Source: Antedon mediterranea (taxonomy: Eukaryota > Animalia > Echinodermata). Taken from it: 64,000 nt of DNA. The stretch spans positions 32,175,648 to 32,239,647 of the forward strand of contig NC_092673.1 in assembly GCF_964355755.1 (NCBI RefSeq), written 5' to 3'. Of this stretch, positions 45,181-58,680 are shown piece by piece (the first letter of the stretch is position 1; each line of letters starts with the position of its first letter). The notes beneath the pieces are model-generated. The model was not told the origin of the DNA. It saw only the letters and a program-made list of their open reading frames with translations, and did no database searches. A program made the position numbers and the translations under genes.

Positions 45181-45717
45181 CTTTACATTTTAAAGCAGAT
45201 GTTTAGTACGGATTTTTCCGTTCAATTTTCAATTTTAATTTTTGAGTCATCAAAATTTAACCTTTGACATTGTGCTGCGTGTTAAAACAAGATTATAAAA
45301 AATGGTCCAATAAAGATTGGAATTAATAGCCAAAATTCTTGATATTAATAATACACAAAAATAAAGGTTTAATTGATTTTTTTAATTTTTTTTTTGTAAA
45401 TAAAAGTACAACCACCAAGTATGAAATAATAATTGTCTATACAAAATATCTATTCATTTTTAAAGGCCATCAAAAAGTGGGAGGGCAATTTTCACGCCGC
45501 CCACCACTCTTCTTTTCTTCTCGGCGGATCATACGTCAACTAATGAGCAAACAGACTTTCGTTTCTTTGTTTTCGTCTGTTATTACTCGCCGGATTTCCC
45601 TGTATTTTTTCATGTTTCCTTAAATATGACATGAGCTAATGGTTTGTAAATATTAGGACACCTTGTTCACGGTTTTTGATTCATTTACACAAGTTGTTTT
45701 AGTGGATTATATCAGTC
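45181..45717. promoter_or_regulatory. Probable bidirectional promoter between WDR47 and STX6
   Basis: Minus-strand donor AAG|GTAAAT at 45181/45180 (probable WDR47 non-coding first exon); STX6 ATG at 45718; CCAAT (~45306), ATTGG (~45316) and GC-box-like CCGCCC (~45497). Confidence 0.55.
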
Positions 45718-48700
45718 ATGTCGGTTGAAGACCCATTCTTTGTTGTCAAAGAGTAAGTAATTCGTCTCAGCTTTCAATCAATCTCTTCTTTCAATCAATC
45801 TCTTGTCACTTGAGCTAGGCTGTTAGCTAGGCCTGAGTATCATAAAATAAGAAGTTATTTTCTAGGCGGATAAAATTATCCCGGCCCTCTGTTCACTCAT
45901 ACATAGTGATCTTGCGCAAGGCCTAGAGTAGTGGAGTATGCTTTTATGATATTTATTAATAAATGACACTCACTAGTAGGTACTAGTAGTAGTCCTACTA
46001 CTACTAGCTAGGCCTAGGCTAGTAGTAGTAAGCTAGGCCTAGCTAGCGGTAGCCTAGTATATTAGTAATAGGCCTATCTGCTAGGCTAGTAGTAGTAGTA
46101 GGCTAGGCCGACTTATAAACAATTTAATGAAAAACACTGGCATTAGGTACGCCTTCGATTTAAGTTCCAGCTTAATATTTTAGAATATAATTATAATGAA
46201 TGAATAATACAGTAGGCATATTTCTGTTTGTTTCCTTTTTTTGACACATTATTTGCTATTGCTAATTTAAAGGGAATTGAGGAAAAGGCCAAGGATTTGA
46301 TTTTGAGCATTTTTAGATTTTCAATTCTTTGAAAAAACTTTATTGAAGGTTGTCAATCACTGAGAAAACAATGTTAGTTTTAATTTGTTTACAGAGAAGT
46401 TGAAAAAGCAGTAAACAATTCAGAAACACTTTATCAGAGATGGTCAGAAGTTTTAGAAGATCCCGAATCTGTTAGTAAGGAGGAATATGATTGGACAACA
46501 AATGAGTTGAGGAATAGTCTACGTAGTATAGAGTGGGACTTAGAAGATCTTGAAGAAACAATTGATATCCTTGATTAATACTGGCACTGATGTTTGCTGG
46601 TTAACATGCTTCTTTACTGTAACAATCCAAGAGTCCTTTTGGTTTCGAATCTTGGCCCTCTCAAACACTCCTACTTTATTTTTTTCACAGCAAACAACTT
46701 AAAGATGTATTGTCCCTTGAAACACAAAAAATGAAAAAAAAATATATTCTAAATTTAAATTAGCCATATCAAAGTAATATTAAAGTTATTCACTTTAAGT
46801 CGAAAAATCGAGCCAAAAACAACAAGTTTACGTAATTAACAGGTAAATTAATTAGATTACATTTCGTCTGGGAAATCGTCGCAAGCGAAAGTAAACAAAG
46901 ATTTCATGAAAGTTATTAACTATTATGATACTTCAAAATGACCCCCTTTTTTCAAAATTTAAAAAAAAATTTTTTTTGAGAATTAGTCAAAGGGACAATA
47001 GGGTACATCTTTAAGCGAAACCTCATATAAGACTTGGTTTACAAAAAGCATGGGTTTCCCAACCTAAAAGTGATTGAAAAGATGTGTGCTTATTGTTGGA
47101 TGGTGTCTAAAAATAAAAAAATATATATTTGGATTTTGCTTTCTATTAATTTATAAATAAAGCTAATTAGAAAAATTAGATACCAACCTAAAAATTACAT
47201 TAATAATAATATCACCTAAATAAAATAATTTTTTCAATTCCATTTAATCAAAGAAGTGTACCTAAAGTTTTGATATAATCATTGCTTGTTAATTCTCAGA
47301 AATTGCCTTGTGTGGTTTTTTCATTGTTTTGAACATTTTTATGAATGTTTTTAATCGAAAAACAAGTGATATTGAATAGCTTTTATTTCTATTAATCAGT
47401 AATCATGAGATCTTTTTATAACTTGAGTTAAGTGCCTCCACCTGGCTAACCATTAAATTAAACGTCACTAAATCACCTTGCTTTTACATTCAATATTGTT
47501 CATTTTTTGGTTCATAGGATTCTCAACTATTGGGGTCATGCAGGGCATGTGTCACTTTGTCTAACTGTATAAATAGCATGTGATTAGTATAGAATTTAAA
47601 TTCACTTTTATAAATTTGTAAATACTGTACCCGCAGCATAAATTGTGTTAAAAATGTGTGCATTTAAAAATATACTCTTTAAAATAATTTTACATTGATT
47701 TACATATATATTACATACAGGTAAACAGTAGGTACTGTAATGTAATGGAGGTATCCTCCATAGTACTGTGTCAGTAAAATAAATAATGGATAAATTTCTT
47801 TAACATATTTGTTTTACGAATTGTGGAGGCAAACCCACGCAAGTTTAAAATTGACAGTTTAGACCTTGATGAACGGCGGTTATTTGTTGAGAATACAAAG
47901 AAACGTGTAAAAGAGATGAAAGAACACATGTCCAGTGCGAAGACCAAATCAAAAGAAGAAAGCAGAGGAAGACAGGTATGAAAAATGTATTGCATTTAAG
48001 TTTTTACTAAAATTTGTCTTCCTTAAAAAAAGATTACAGAAGAGAAAAGAATGACCTTTGACCTAAACAGTAGCATAGACTTGATACAAAGCACTGTTTA
48101 CTTCCAGTCACAATTTAAACATTGTAATTGTAATTCTCAGGTTTACTGTATCTTGTCCAGACAGTGCATATATTACTGTATATTATAAATGAACTTATAT
48201 TTATTTATATCTTTCAGTTTTTAATGAATAATGGGCCAAGCAAAGGATTAGGAAAGTACTCGCGGTTAGACAATGAAATCGAAAACTCAAATCAAAATTT
48301 TATTGAAAATTCCAGGCAGCAACAAGAGGTAAGAATAATATGAATAATTGATGATATGCAATTCTTCCAATCATATAACTCTATTTGATGTACAGTGTAA
48401 GATAAAGATTGTATGTACAGTATGTGCCAAAATCAAGTAATGAAAAGATTACTGTATGCTCATAAAACGATTCCTGATATTCCTTATCATTAGTTTTTTT
48501 TTTTCTGCTTCTGAGATAAGAAAAAATGCACAGGTATAGACTAGTAATAATTATGGATACCTATTGATAACACGATTTCTACTACAGTACAGTAATACTC
48601 ATAATCAATATAGACACTGTTTTTATTACTGTATTATTGTGGCACTGTCCTTGACTTTCTATCAAGTACTTCTTGAATCCTATGTGTATACAAAGTTGTA

Positions 48701-51700
48701 TAAAGATTAAAGAGATATCAAAATATAAGCCTCTTGAAATTTTCCCACATATGATACATGTGTGCATTGATTTATCTCTGTAATATATATGTTAATGTTT
48801 ATTTCAAAACAATTATTTTGTTAACACGGTATTTTAAAGTACTACAATTTATTCCAATTAGTATCAAGAGATTATCCTGTGTTTGTCAGGGTTACCTTGG
48901 ATACATATCATTTTGGTTTTACAACAGGCATTTTAAACTTCAATACTGTATCCAGTAAACCCACCAAATTATTCATCTCTTTCTAACTGCACACTGTTGA
49001 AAAACTCAAATGTACTGTACTAGGTTTTACTACTATCTACCTAGTCCATTTTGTTGTTATCAAAATTCTGTCTTAAAAATGCCAATTATCCACAGCACAT
49101 ATGTTATTAATATCCATAAGGTAATTTAGTATTAGGAACAAGGTCAACATTATGACAGATGTGGTGACCCTTTCCCTACCACTGAGAAGTCTTTAGCTCA
49201 AATAACAAAATGTACAGTATTCATACACCACAGCTTTAATTCTCCTGTTTCCAAGTTTCAATTATTTTGCTAACTTTAATTTCTACTTTTCATAAAATTT
49301 GTTATGATACTTTTACCGTATTGTAACAAGCATTTTATTTTTCACAAAATTATAATCAAAAACAATTTTTAATTGAATTACAGTAACTTTGAAAGAAGTA
49401 AGTCAAAACAACTTTATACATAATATTAATATGTTTATTTATAAAAATACAAGTAAAATATAATATGTGTTAAAGTAATTTATAGATATAATTGCTGTAA
49501 GCAAGCAATATTTTAGAATTAAATTATTAAAACTTAAATCTGGTTGAATAAATTATATAGTTTAAAATACTGTTATTTGTTTACTGTACAGGTAGTACAA
49601 GATTATATAGAAAAATTCCTCCTTAAGTACTGTACAGTACTGTAGATCCAATAATTAATAAAGTTTTTACTGTCGAAATTATGTAAAGCTCTCTATCTTA
49701 TCTATAAAACTTTTGCTTTATTAAATAAACTTAACAGTAAATCTGTTTATATTAGTATTCTTACCCACTGTTGTCGACTTGATGAGCTGTGTACAGTATT
49801 CTATGAATACAGTGGGTAATAAAATGTACAATACTAGACAACCTACTTTCAATGGCCATTTAAAACCATTTATTGAAAAAAATCTGAATGAGTCATTTCT
49901 TAATAGATCATTCAGTCTATTATTACCATTGTTGTATATTATAGAAATGTGTATTATTAATGCCGCCGCATTTAAAGCTCTGTCTACACTAGGATAATAT
50001 GGTAGTGATATGCCCAAATATGGTAGTGATATGCCCAAATATGGTAGTGATATGCCCAAATATGGTAGTGATATGCCCAAATATGGTAGTGATCTATGGT
50101 ATAGCCAGAGAGATATAAGTTTAGTATTGTCTACAGTATAGTACGCAACATCACAGCATATGGTAATAATCAAATATTGTAATTGCATTGAGAGTATAAA
50201 TTGAACAAAACCAATATTGTATTGTGTGGTAAGTTTACATAATTCACAACATAGAATAATCAAATACTTTTAAATACAGTAAAGAGACTAGGATTTAATA
50301 TTCCACACTGCTTGTAATGTTGTGCAAAAAATAAAGATAATTAATATCAATTAATAAGTACAGTAGATCCAGGAGGAAGCGTCACATCCTTTTCCATTTG
50401 GCACTGACAGATAAAATGACATTAACTACATTTTGATATCTATAATTAACAACAGGATATTACTGTAATACTGTCAACTCTCCCAATATCGGAAAACCTT
50501 TGGGCTGGCTAAATAATGGTTTTCCAGAAAGTCTGGTATTCGGAATGTGTTTTTAATGGTAAAAAGTCTGGCGTTCCTGGTTTTCAGAGAGACTGGTAAT
50601 TTGGAGAGTCGTCTATTATATGTTAGCATTCACCTGTTTTAAAAATCCTGGATCAGCCCCTAAATTTAAAATGGTAATGAAATCATGAAAATTATAACCC
50701 AACCAAGACTTTGGAACAATTCTGCTTGAAATTCAGGTCCTAAGAGTTGAATGGTGCGAATATTGCATGACTTGAAAGATTGACTGTTCTATTGAAAATA
50801 CCCAGTAGGCCTACTATTAGGCTATAATGGGGCTTTCTTTCAAGTAATGTTCCTGTCCAATTGGTTAGCAATTCCACAGGAAACATTTTACAAGATGGGA
50901 GCATAGTTCAGAGAAACAACAATTGACAGAATTGTAACAACATGTTTGCCTAAAATAGAAATGAATTATACAGTACAAATAAGCTACTGTAATACATTAG
51001 TTTTCTTTGCTATGTTTCTCAAAGACATTGTGTACTACTGTGTATTGTTACCCTAAAATAACATGATGTTAGGAAGTTTTGTGATTTTGCAATGTTTTTA
51101 TTTTTTTGTATGACCTTTTATTTACTATCGCTGGCATTGTATCTGTATGTCCACATAAGATAAGCTATGAAATAATTTCTTATAAGTTAGAGTAATTATA
51201 TTGTCATTCACAATTATGTACACTGTATACTTTACCATTACTGTATGTAATAATATATATTTAATGTTCTTTGCCTGATTTGTTTATATTCCTGTCCACC
51301 CAGGCAGCACTTGCCAGCTTTATAAATTATACTCTGACGTTATCCAAATTCCTTCACTTGCACTGATGAAGGGCTAGTGTTGCCCGAAAGCTCTGCTAAC
51401 TTTTCTGGCTGTTTACTTTATCGTTTTGATTTAGCTTTTCGCTTTTTATTTTTGTATCTCCATTGAGATCCAGCCACTGATACCCACAGCATTGTCATTT
51501 TTTTTAGTAATTTGCCTTTGGATTTATATATATATAATATATATTCAAACACAACAGGCAAAGAACATTAATTCTAAACCGCCCGGTGATATACTGGGTG
51601 GTTATTCAAGTTATATAGGCTTTACTGATATTTTCAGTACATTACATGCCACTTTAAAACTCCATATGGTGTAAAAAAGAACAAAACTAGATATTATTAC

Positions 51701-54700
51701 AATGTAAAAAATGTATACACATATTTTAAACTTTAATTTCCCAGCTTTTGCATTGCACCTTGGATCCTCTTATGCATTTATGTGCATTTTTATAGACTTG
51801 TTGTGGTACAGTATGTCAAACTTTAAAATGTCATGACCTTGGCACAGTAAAAAGTAAAATTGGTCATGTTGTGAACATAAATTATGTTTTTATGATTTGT
51901 CAAATTCCAGTTGTAATATAATCCTGTGTCTTGTTTTTCATTTTCATAAATTATTTGTTGCCAATATTATATACATTATATTTTGTTTTTCAGTTAATTA
52001 TGGAATCCCAAAATGATCAGCTCGACCAAGTTGTAGATAGTGTTGGTGTGTTACGTCATATGGGACAAGCAATAGGCACAGAACTAGACGAACAAGCAGT
52101 GTAAGTAGGCCTGCTGATGAGGCCAATTATTTCTCGTTTTTAAAATGTCCTGCAATAAGCTCTGTCTACACTATCAAACAAATTGTGATGTGCCCAAATA
52201 TGGTAGTGATATTCCACAAATATGGTAGTGATATAACATCCAGGGAATAATTTCGCCAGTGTAGCATAGCAAAAAGCTATACAAAACAACCTTTTTGCTA
52301 CACATTTCTACAATTGTGTAGCAAAAAATACAATACAAAACTATGTTTCTTGACTAAAAAATCAGTTTGATTAGCAATTTTGCTAAACAAAATTTTCAAA
52401 TGAAATTTTTCCCTGACATCACCATGTCCATATATGGGCACATCACATTTTTTTGTCACATGAAGTTTGATAGTGTAGACAGAGCATTTGCCACTCTTAA
52501 GCTCTGTCTATAGTATCAAACTTTATGTGACAAAACAATGTGATGTGCCCATATATAGACATGATGATGTCATATCACTACCATATATAGCCACATCACA
52601 CTTTTTTTGTCAAACTAGTTTGATAGTGTAGACAGAGCTTTACGATTGGAAGCAGGATGTAGGGTCTTTCATCCTTGTATTAAATATGTACAGTACCACC
52701 TGGATCTATAGTATTTATTTATTTCAACAATATTTTATGATTTAACTGATAATGGAACAATTAAATAAAATTAAAATAATACAATCATCTCCTTTAGTAT
52801 AAAAAAATGAAGAAATGTTTATTTAAAACCACGGGTTATTGTACAATACACTAATTTGTCCATGGAGAACACCCTCAAATTTTCAGCCTATTCTTAACTC
52901 TGTCTACACTATCTATGTGACGACAAAAAAAAGTATTTGGGCGCATGAAAACGATGATGTCATACCAATACCATATGTGGGCACATCAAACTAGTTTGAT
53001 AGTGTAGACAGTGCTTAACTTTCCTTTTTATGCTATTATTATGGCTTTACATTGCAATAGAATATGCCATATTGCTGTTTTCATAATACAGTACACTATT
53101 AGTAAAGCTTCTCATTAAATTGCTATGCTGTCTAACTCACACAGGTTATTAAAGTTCAGTGATCATTTCCTGTTATTTCAGGCGCAATAGTCTACCCACA
53201 ACCATGCCATGCTAATCATTTGTTGTCCCATTGTTATTTTACATTCAATTCAGTTTATAATAGTCTAACCACTCCTTCATGACAGTTTCCATTTATGATG
53301 AATTTTTTGTTGCATATTATAAAAGCTTAATAATATTTTCTACTGTTTTTTTAAAACTAAAATTTAGCATGATACTCCTCCATTGATTTAAAATTAAAAA
53401 TTATAATTATTTTAACAATTGAACAAAATATGACAAAAATTATTTTCAAAATCATTGATCTTTGTAGTATGTTGGATGACTTTTCTGCTGAATTAGAAAA
53501 CACAGATTCCAAACTTGACTCAGTTATGAAAAAGATGGCGAAGGTTACTAGAATGTCAAATGGTAAGTATTTATTCCATCTTGCAGACAGTTTTAAGAAA
53601 CTGTACACCTCTTATCATGTGTCTAATGAAACTATTATCTTGTCTGTTTTTTTTAATCAATTAATCATGATATCCAATAAATCGTTTGAAAAAAACAGCC
53701 ATTTTACTGTCCTCATAATAATGTTCAAAAAATAAATATGTATTTCATGTTTTATTATATAAATAATACAATATTAGATATTCAATTCAACTTTATTTAT
53801 TCATGGAGGAGCAGATCAACTCGTCGTTGTTTCCTGGGGCTGTGCATATACAACAATATAATTTTAACAATTAATTAAATATGTACAGTGTAAAATTATA
53901 AAAATGTTTAACTTTAGTAAATTCTCAGTAGACCAAACAACAGTAATACTGTATATTACATTGTTAAAAGTGTGGCAGAAAAATGCTTTAAAAAAACATG
54001 CGGCATACTGTAGGCCTACTGTAACATTATATGTGTGTTTTGGAATAAATGAAGTGGCATTTTGTATTGTGAAAAACAGTCTGTAACCTGTCCTTTAATT
54101 CTACAGGATGGGTTGCAGACCATCAATTATTATACTCCATCAATCTGCAGATGACATTGCATGTTACACAACATCTTCACATCAACATGTTTTCAGCCTT
54201 ACTAAGGCACATTGTTTAGTTTGGCAATTAGATGAACTGTCCAGCATAATTAACTGTAATATCTTTTGACATTTACATGTTTTGTAACATGTTATGTTTA
54301 AGTCTTTATAACCTTACAGTAGCAAGGCATATTGTTTAGTTTGTTAATTAGGTGGACTGAGTCCAGAATAATCAAATCTAACAACTTCTGACATCTTATC
54401 TGACATCTTACATTACATATTTTTCGACATCTTATCAATGCATTAATCAGAATGTTGTTATACATCCTACTGTACCATTTAGCTCATTAATTACTGTCAT
54501 TCAGGGTTGTAAATGCTCATTAGGGAGACACGACAATAGCCAGCTAATTAGAAACGCTATCGTTAATTTTTGTAAAGTTCATTGTTACAACTAAAAAACA
54601 TTTTGTCATAGTTTTTAATGACGTTAACTAAAATGTAAATATTATATCATGGTATGTATAATACAATAGAACACTTCTTTGGGACATCCCTATTAAGGGG

Positions 54701-55712
54701 GACACTTGTCACACTTTCCTGTGAAACGAATGAATGGCAATGTATTTTTTAACACTACAGGTAACCTCTATTCAGGGGACAGTCCTATTAAAGGGACTAT
54801 ACCTACAAATATATTTTACCAAATTGTGACGTACTGTAGTAGACTGATACCGTTATGATTTTAATATCTTTATTTTTATATTTTATAATATTATAACTCC
54901 AAGTTGGACAACAAATACAATCCATGTTCTCAATAATAAAATTTTAATCTCTCTTACCAATTCTCATGATGATAGTTGTATCATAATTCAAAATATGATA
55001 TTAATAGAATTGTATCAGTTTCAGCATAATCTAATGACGTTATAATAACATGATTTTTAGAATTTGAAATATAAATATTTTTGTTTTGTTAACTGTTGTT
55101 TTTAAACACAATTTAACACATGAAATCATATGCCAAAATATGTTATTAATAGTAATATATCAGTAGTATAATGTAATGACGTTATAAACATTGTTTATAT
55201 TGTAATAGTATTTGAATTATTGTTGGTTTCGGGTATATCTACATTTAGCCATTATTGCTACAATTACAGCATGTCTAACAGTGTGTATATCACCATCAGA
55301 AACCTTAACAAATTGTATTTTATTAGTGACATTAAGAAGTCATTATAAATAACAAGAGTCAGTACATTGCAGTATTCAGTACATAATATGTAACACATGA
55401 AATGAAACCAATAGGCCATGTTTTTTTCTAGAAGAGAAAAGACACAACCAGACACTCCCACCAACAAATTAGTTCTGCTAGTTGATTATAAAATATATAT
55501 TACATTTTACATTTTTTTGTATGACTATCGGTATTGGTTTTAATGTCAATTAGTTAAATTTATTCTTTATTACTTTCCAAGATATAACATCAAAACAATT
55601 ATTTTCTTTTTAAAATTCAAATTTTTTTTTTGTAGATCGACGACAATGGATGGCAATTTTTACGTTACTTATCGTCATGGTTGTAGTCATCATACTATTC
55701 TTCGTTCCATGA
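45718..55712 (+). CDS. STX6: Syntaxin-6 (Qc-SNARE)
   Basis: Exons 45718-45752, 46395-46564, 47818-47975, 48218-48328, 51994-52100, 53468-53562, 55636-55712: [14 protein letters not shown].., [36 protein letters not shown] motif QNDQLD..ELDEQAVMLDDF, C-terminal [27 protein letters not shown]. Confidence 0.93.
46565..47817 (+). other. U12-type (minor spliceosome) AT-AC intron in STX6
   Basis: 5' ATATCCTT at 46565; branch site TTCTTTAAC at 47796-47804; terminal AC at 47816-47817; splicing restores [13 protein letters not shown]. Confidence 0.9.
46703..47010. mobile_element. Kolobok-like MITE, internally deleted copy of 23374-23919
   Basis: Same TIR (right TIR with small insertion), TTAA on both sides, shared internal sequence. 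Confidence 0.8.
51358..51398 (+). ncRNA. Minimal type-I hammerhead ribozyme motif (Penelope-like element remnant)
   Basis: GCA-CTGATGA-A-GGGC-TAGTGTT-GCCC-GAAA-GCTC-TGC: core boxes, stem II, palindromic AGCT stem III, short stem I. Confidence 0.65.
52500..52639. mobile_element. PIF/Harbinger-like MITE (cleanest copy of the family)
   Basis: TIR AGCTCTGTCTA..TAGACAGAGCT with TTA on both flanks. Confidence 0.75.
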
Positions 55713-57754
55713 GAGAGAAAGCATTTTATTTATTGAAACTGTAACATTGGGCATTTATACAGCATGGGTTGTCACTGTGTCTTCCATAAACTTTCAATAA
55801 AACAGGAAGGCTGTGAAAATGATGAAAATCCTGTGTTTGTTTGATTAACACAGCACTGACCTATGACGTGACCTGGGATGTCCTGTCGTGAATAAACCTT
55901 TTTATTTTCTCATGGAAAATTATCAGTTTTTGATTTGTTCCTTGTGAATATTGTGCTGTTACATATGTAATGTAATTTATGTTTCTAAATATTGCAGATC
56001 TTTGCCAGAGATTGTTGCTGATAAGTACAGTACACACCAAAATAGACAATTAAGGATAAGCATTTTAAAAAGACTTCATGTTTGTAATATAGATTCTTCA
56101 ATTCTGTTTATTGTCACAAATAAATAATACAGTGTATATAAATGAATAGACAATAATGTGTACAGTCCACAAATAGAACAAGTCAATCTTATATTGTAAG
56201 GGGAGTCTGATAAAGACACCAAGGAGTCTGAATGGGCCCAGTGGGTCTTGTTGGGTAGCAAATTGTTACAAATTTGCTGTTTAGTTAAGGGTCTCTCACA
56301 CCTGCAAATCAAATTGAACATCAATGTTTCGTTTTTCACGATTCTCCACAAAGTTTTTAAATTTGATTTTCCTGCGCCAGACCCGAACCGTGCCGGAACA
56401 GGTGTAAAAGACCCTTTAATCAATTTTAATTTTTGTTTCAATAATTGTTATTCATTTACTTGTACTATAAATTATGCTTTAGCTAGAGACTGAGAGTAAG
56501 GTGCTAGTCTTGCATTTTAAAATAAAAAAAAAAACAATAATTAGATCGTGTAATTAAATGATATTCCAACCAAATGTATTACATCCATTTTAAGAGAATA
56601 ATAAAGTATTTAAAAATTGTCTGTACAAATATCATAACAATGGTTTTATTGTTGCCTTATTTTGTCTTTAATAGTTTGTTTGTATTTTATTGAACATATG
56701 ATGTTATAATCCAAGATCAGTGCTTGCGTATTTGTATTTGCTTTTCTGTATTATTCATAGTGTTAAAACCCACATTGGTGTTTGTAATATATGCTGTTAT
56801 TTTAATTAGTATATTATTTTAACAACGTTAATTTTAAATCTTGGTAATAATGTATTGTTGGTATAGACAGAATTGGGAAGTATTCTAAGTATTGGCGACA
56901 GATACAAAGATGCTTTTTTGTACTTCTAGAATCTAAATGTTACTTATACTAGTTAACCATTTACATGTTACTTATTTATCTAATTAATGCTAAAGTTAAA
57001 CACGCCCTTTTTGGAATGATACGGTATGTAACAAGCAGAGCTATCAATTATTTTAAGGGTATTAATATTATGTTGTATGTAACTGTATATAATTCCACCA
57101 CCTTGAAACCAGGTATAAATTCAATGGTAAAACAACATTGCCACAGTAAATTGTGATTATAATTGCTTGGGAAAAAAATGAATCCGTAATGAATAAACAG
57201 CCTACTGGAAGTGAACACAAACATTGTTACAATCAACATTGAGTCCAGTCAACCTGGTGTTTTGCATACAGGTGCCACAATTATGTACCAGGTGGCTTTT
57301 GAAAGTTTACGCAGGTGGTAAATGACATTACAGGTGGTGTTGTTGAGCGTCACACACTGTTCCTAAAGTACTGTACACTTTCAGCAGTGTTGTTGAAACT
57401 GTACAAAATAGTCACAGGTCGTTTACCTTTTATAAAATAATATACTAAGAAAAGAAATAACATTGTACAGATAATTGAATGGTTAACAGCACTAATTCAT
57501 GTATTAAGTAGTACTTGATATGGGAGCAGGATTCATGTAAACTGTAACCTAATAATATATAAAATGTCTTTTACAAAACCATGTGTCTGTGTTTTATTGA
57601 TTCTATATAAAAACGGTCTTATAATGTGGTAACTGATCAGCTATGGTGGGTAAAAAATAGAACATTGGCATCAAAATGATGGTTTAAAATATGAACTTCA
57701 TGTGTTACTGTATGCAAGGGAAATTAAAATATCAAATGTACTACAGAACCTTTG

Positions 57755-57992
57755 GGACACCCTCATATTAAGGGGACACACTCATATTAAGAGGACACCC
57801 TCATATTAAGGAGACACACTCATATTATTAGAGACACCCTCATATTAAGGGGACACACTCGTATTATTAGAGACACCCTCATATTAAGGATACACCCTCA
57901 TATTAAGGGGACACCCTCATATTAATGATACACCCTCATATTAATGATACACCCTCATATTTAGGAGACACACTCGTATTAAGGGGACACTT
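57755..57992. repeat. 21-bp minisatellite (GGACACCCTCATATTAAGG-type), ~11 copies, within a MITE
   Basis: Visible tandem units; element ends ..TTCTACTGTA at ~58101. Confidence 0.85.
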
Positions 57993-58680
57993 TTATGTAA
58001 AACGAACAAAAGGCAGTTTTAAAGCAATACAGTCAACCCTTTTTATTGGACACCCCTAGAAGACATTTTGTTTGTCCCAAAGATGTTGTTGTTCTACTGT
58101 ATCATTGTAAAATCAAATATATCACAATCATTGCACTTTCAGTTGTGGTCACTAATCACTGTAATGAATGTGGAAAATCCCTGACATAAACAGAGGAAAT
58201 CCTCAGATATGAGATAGGGAAATCCTTCGATGTAAGAAAGGGAAATCCTCCGATGTAAGAAGGGGGAAATCCCTCATGTAATGACTTTCAAAAAGTCATT
58301 TGTGCATCAATTTTGTTCAATGTGTTTTTTTTTATTAACCTTTATACAAATAAGAAGCAAACACAAGATGTGCAAAATTTGTATTTTATTATTAGAAAAT
58401 GTAAAATTAATGTTTAATCCATTCTTAAATCACTAAAATATATTGTCACTGCCTGACAGGATCTGTATGTGTAAAGTGTCATTTCATTTAATCACAAGGT
58501 TTCTGAGGCATGTTTACATTATACTACATACATTACAGATTATTGTTCACTCATTGTAAAGCATATTATATTCAAAGAGTTGGTTTAAAGTTGAAAGCTC
58601 AATATTTGTTTTCTGAGATTTTTTTTTATCATAGAAAAGTTTTGAAAGGCAGACCCTTTTAATTTATTGTCATAAAAGAA

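Noticed and set aside
49721-50263. 180-aa ORF with SLPYLGI repeats
   Set aside because: Derived from a 21-bp tandem expansion inside a MITE in an STX6 intron.
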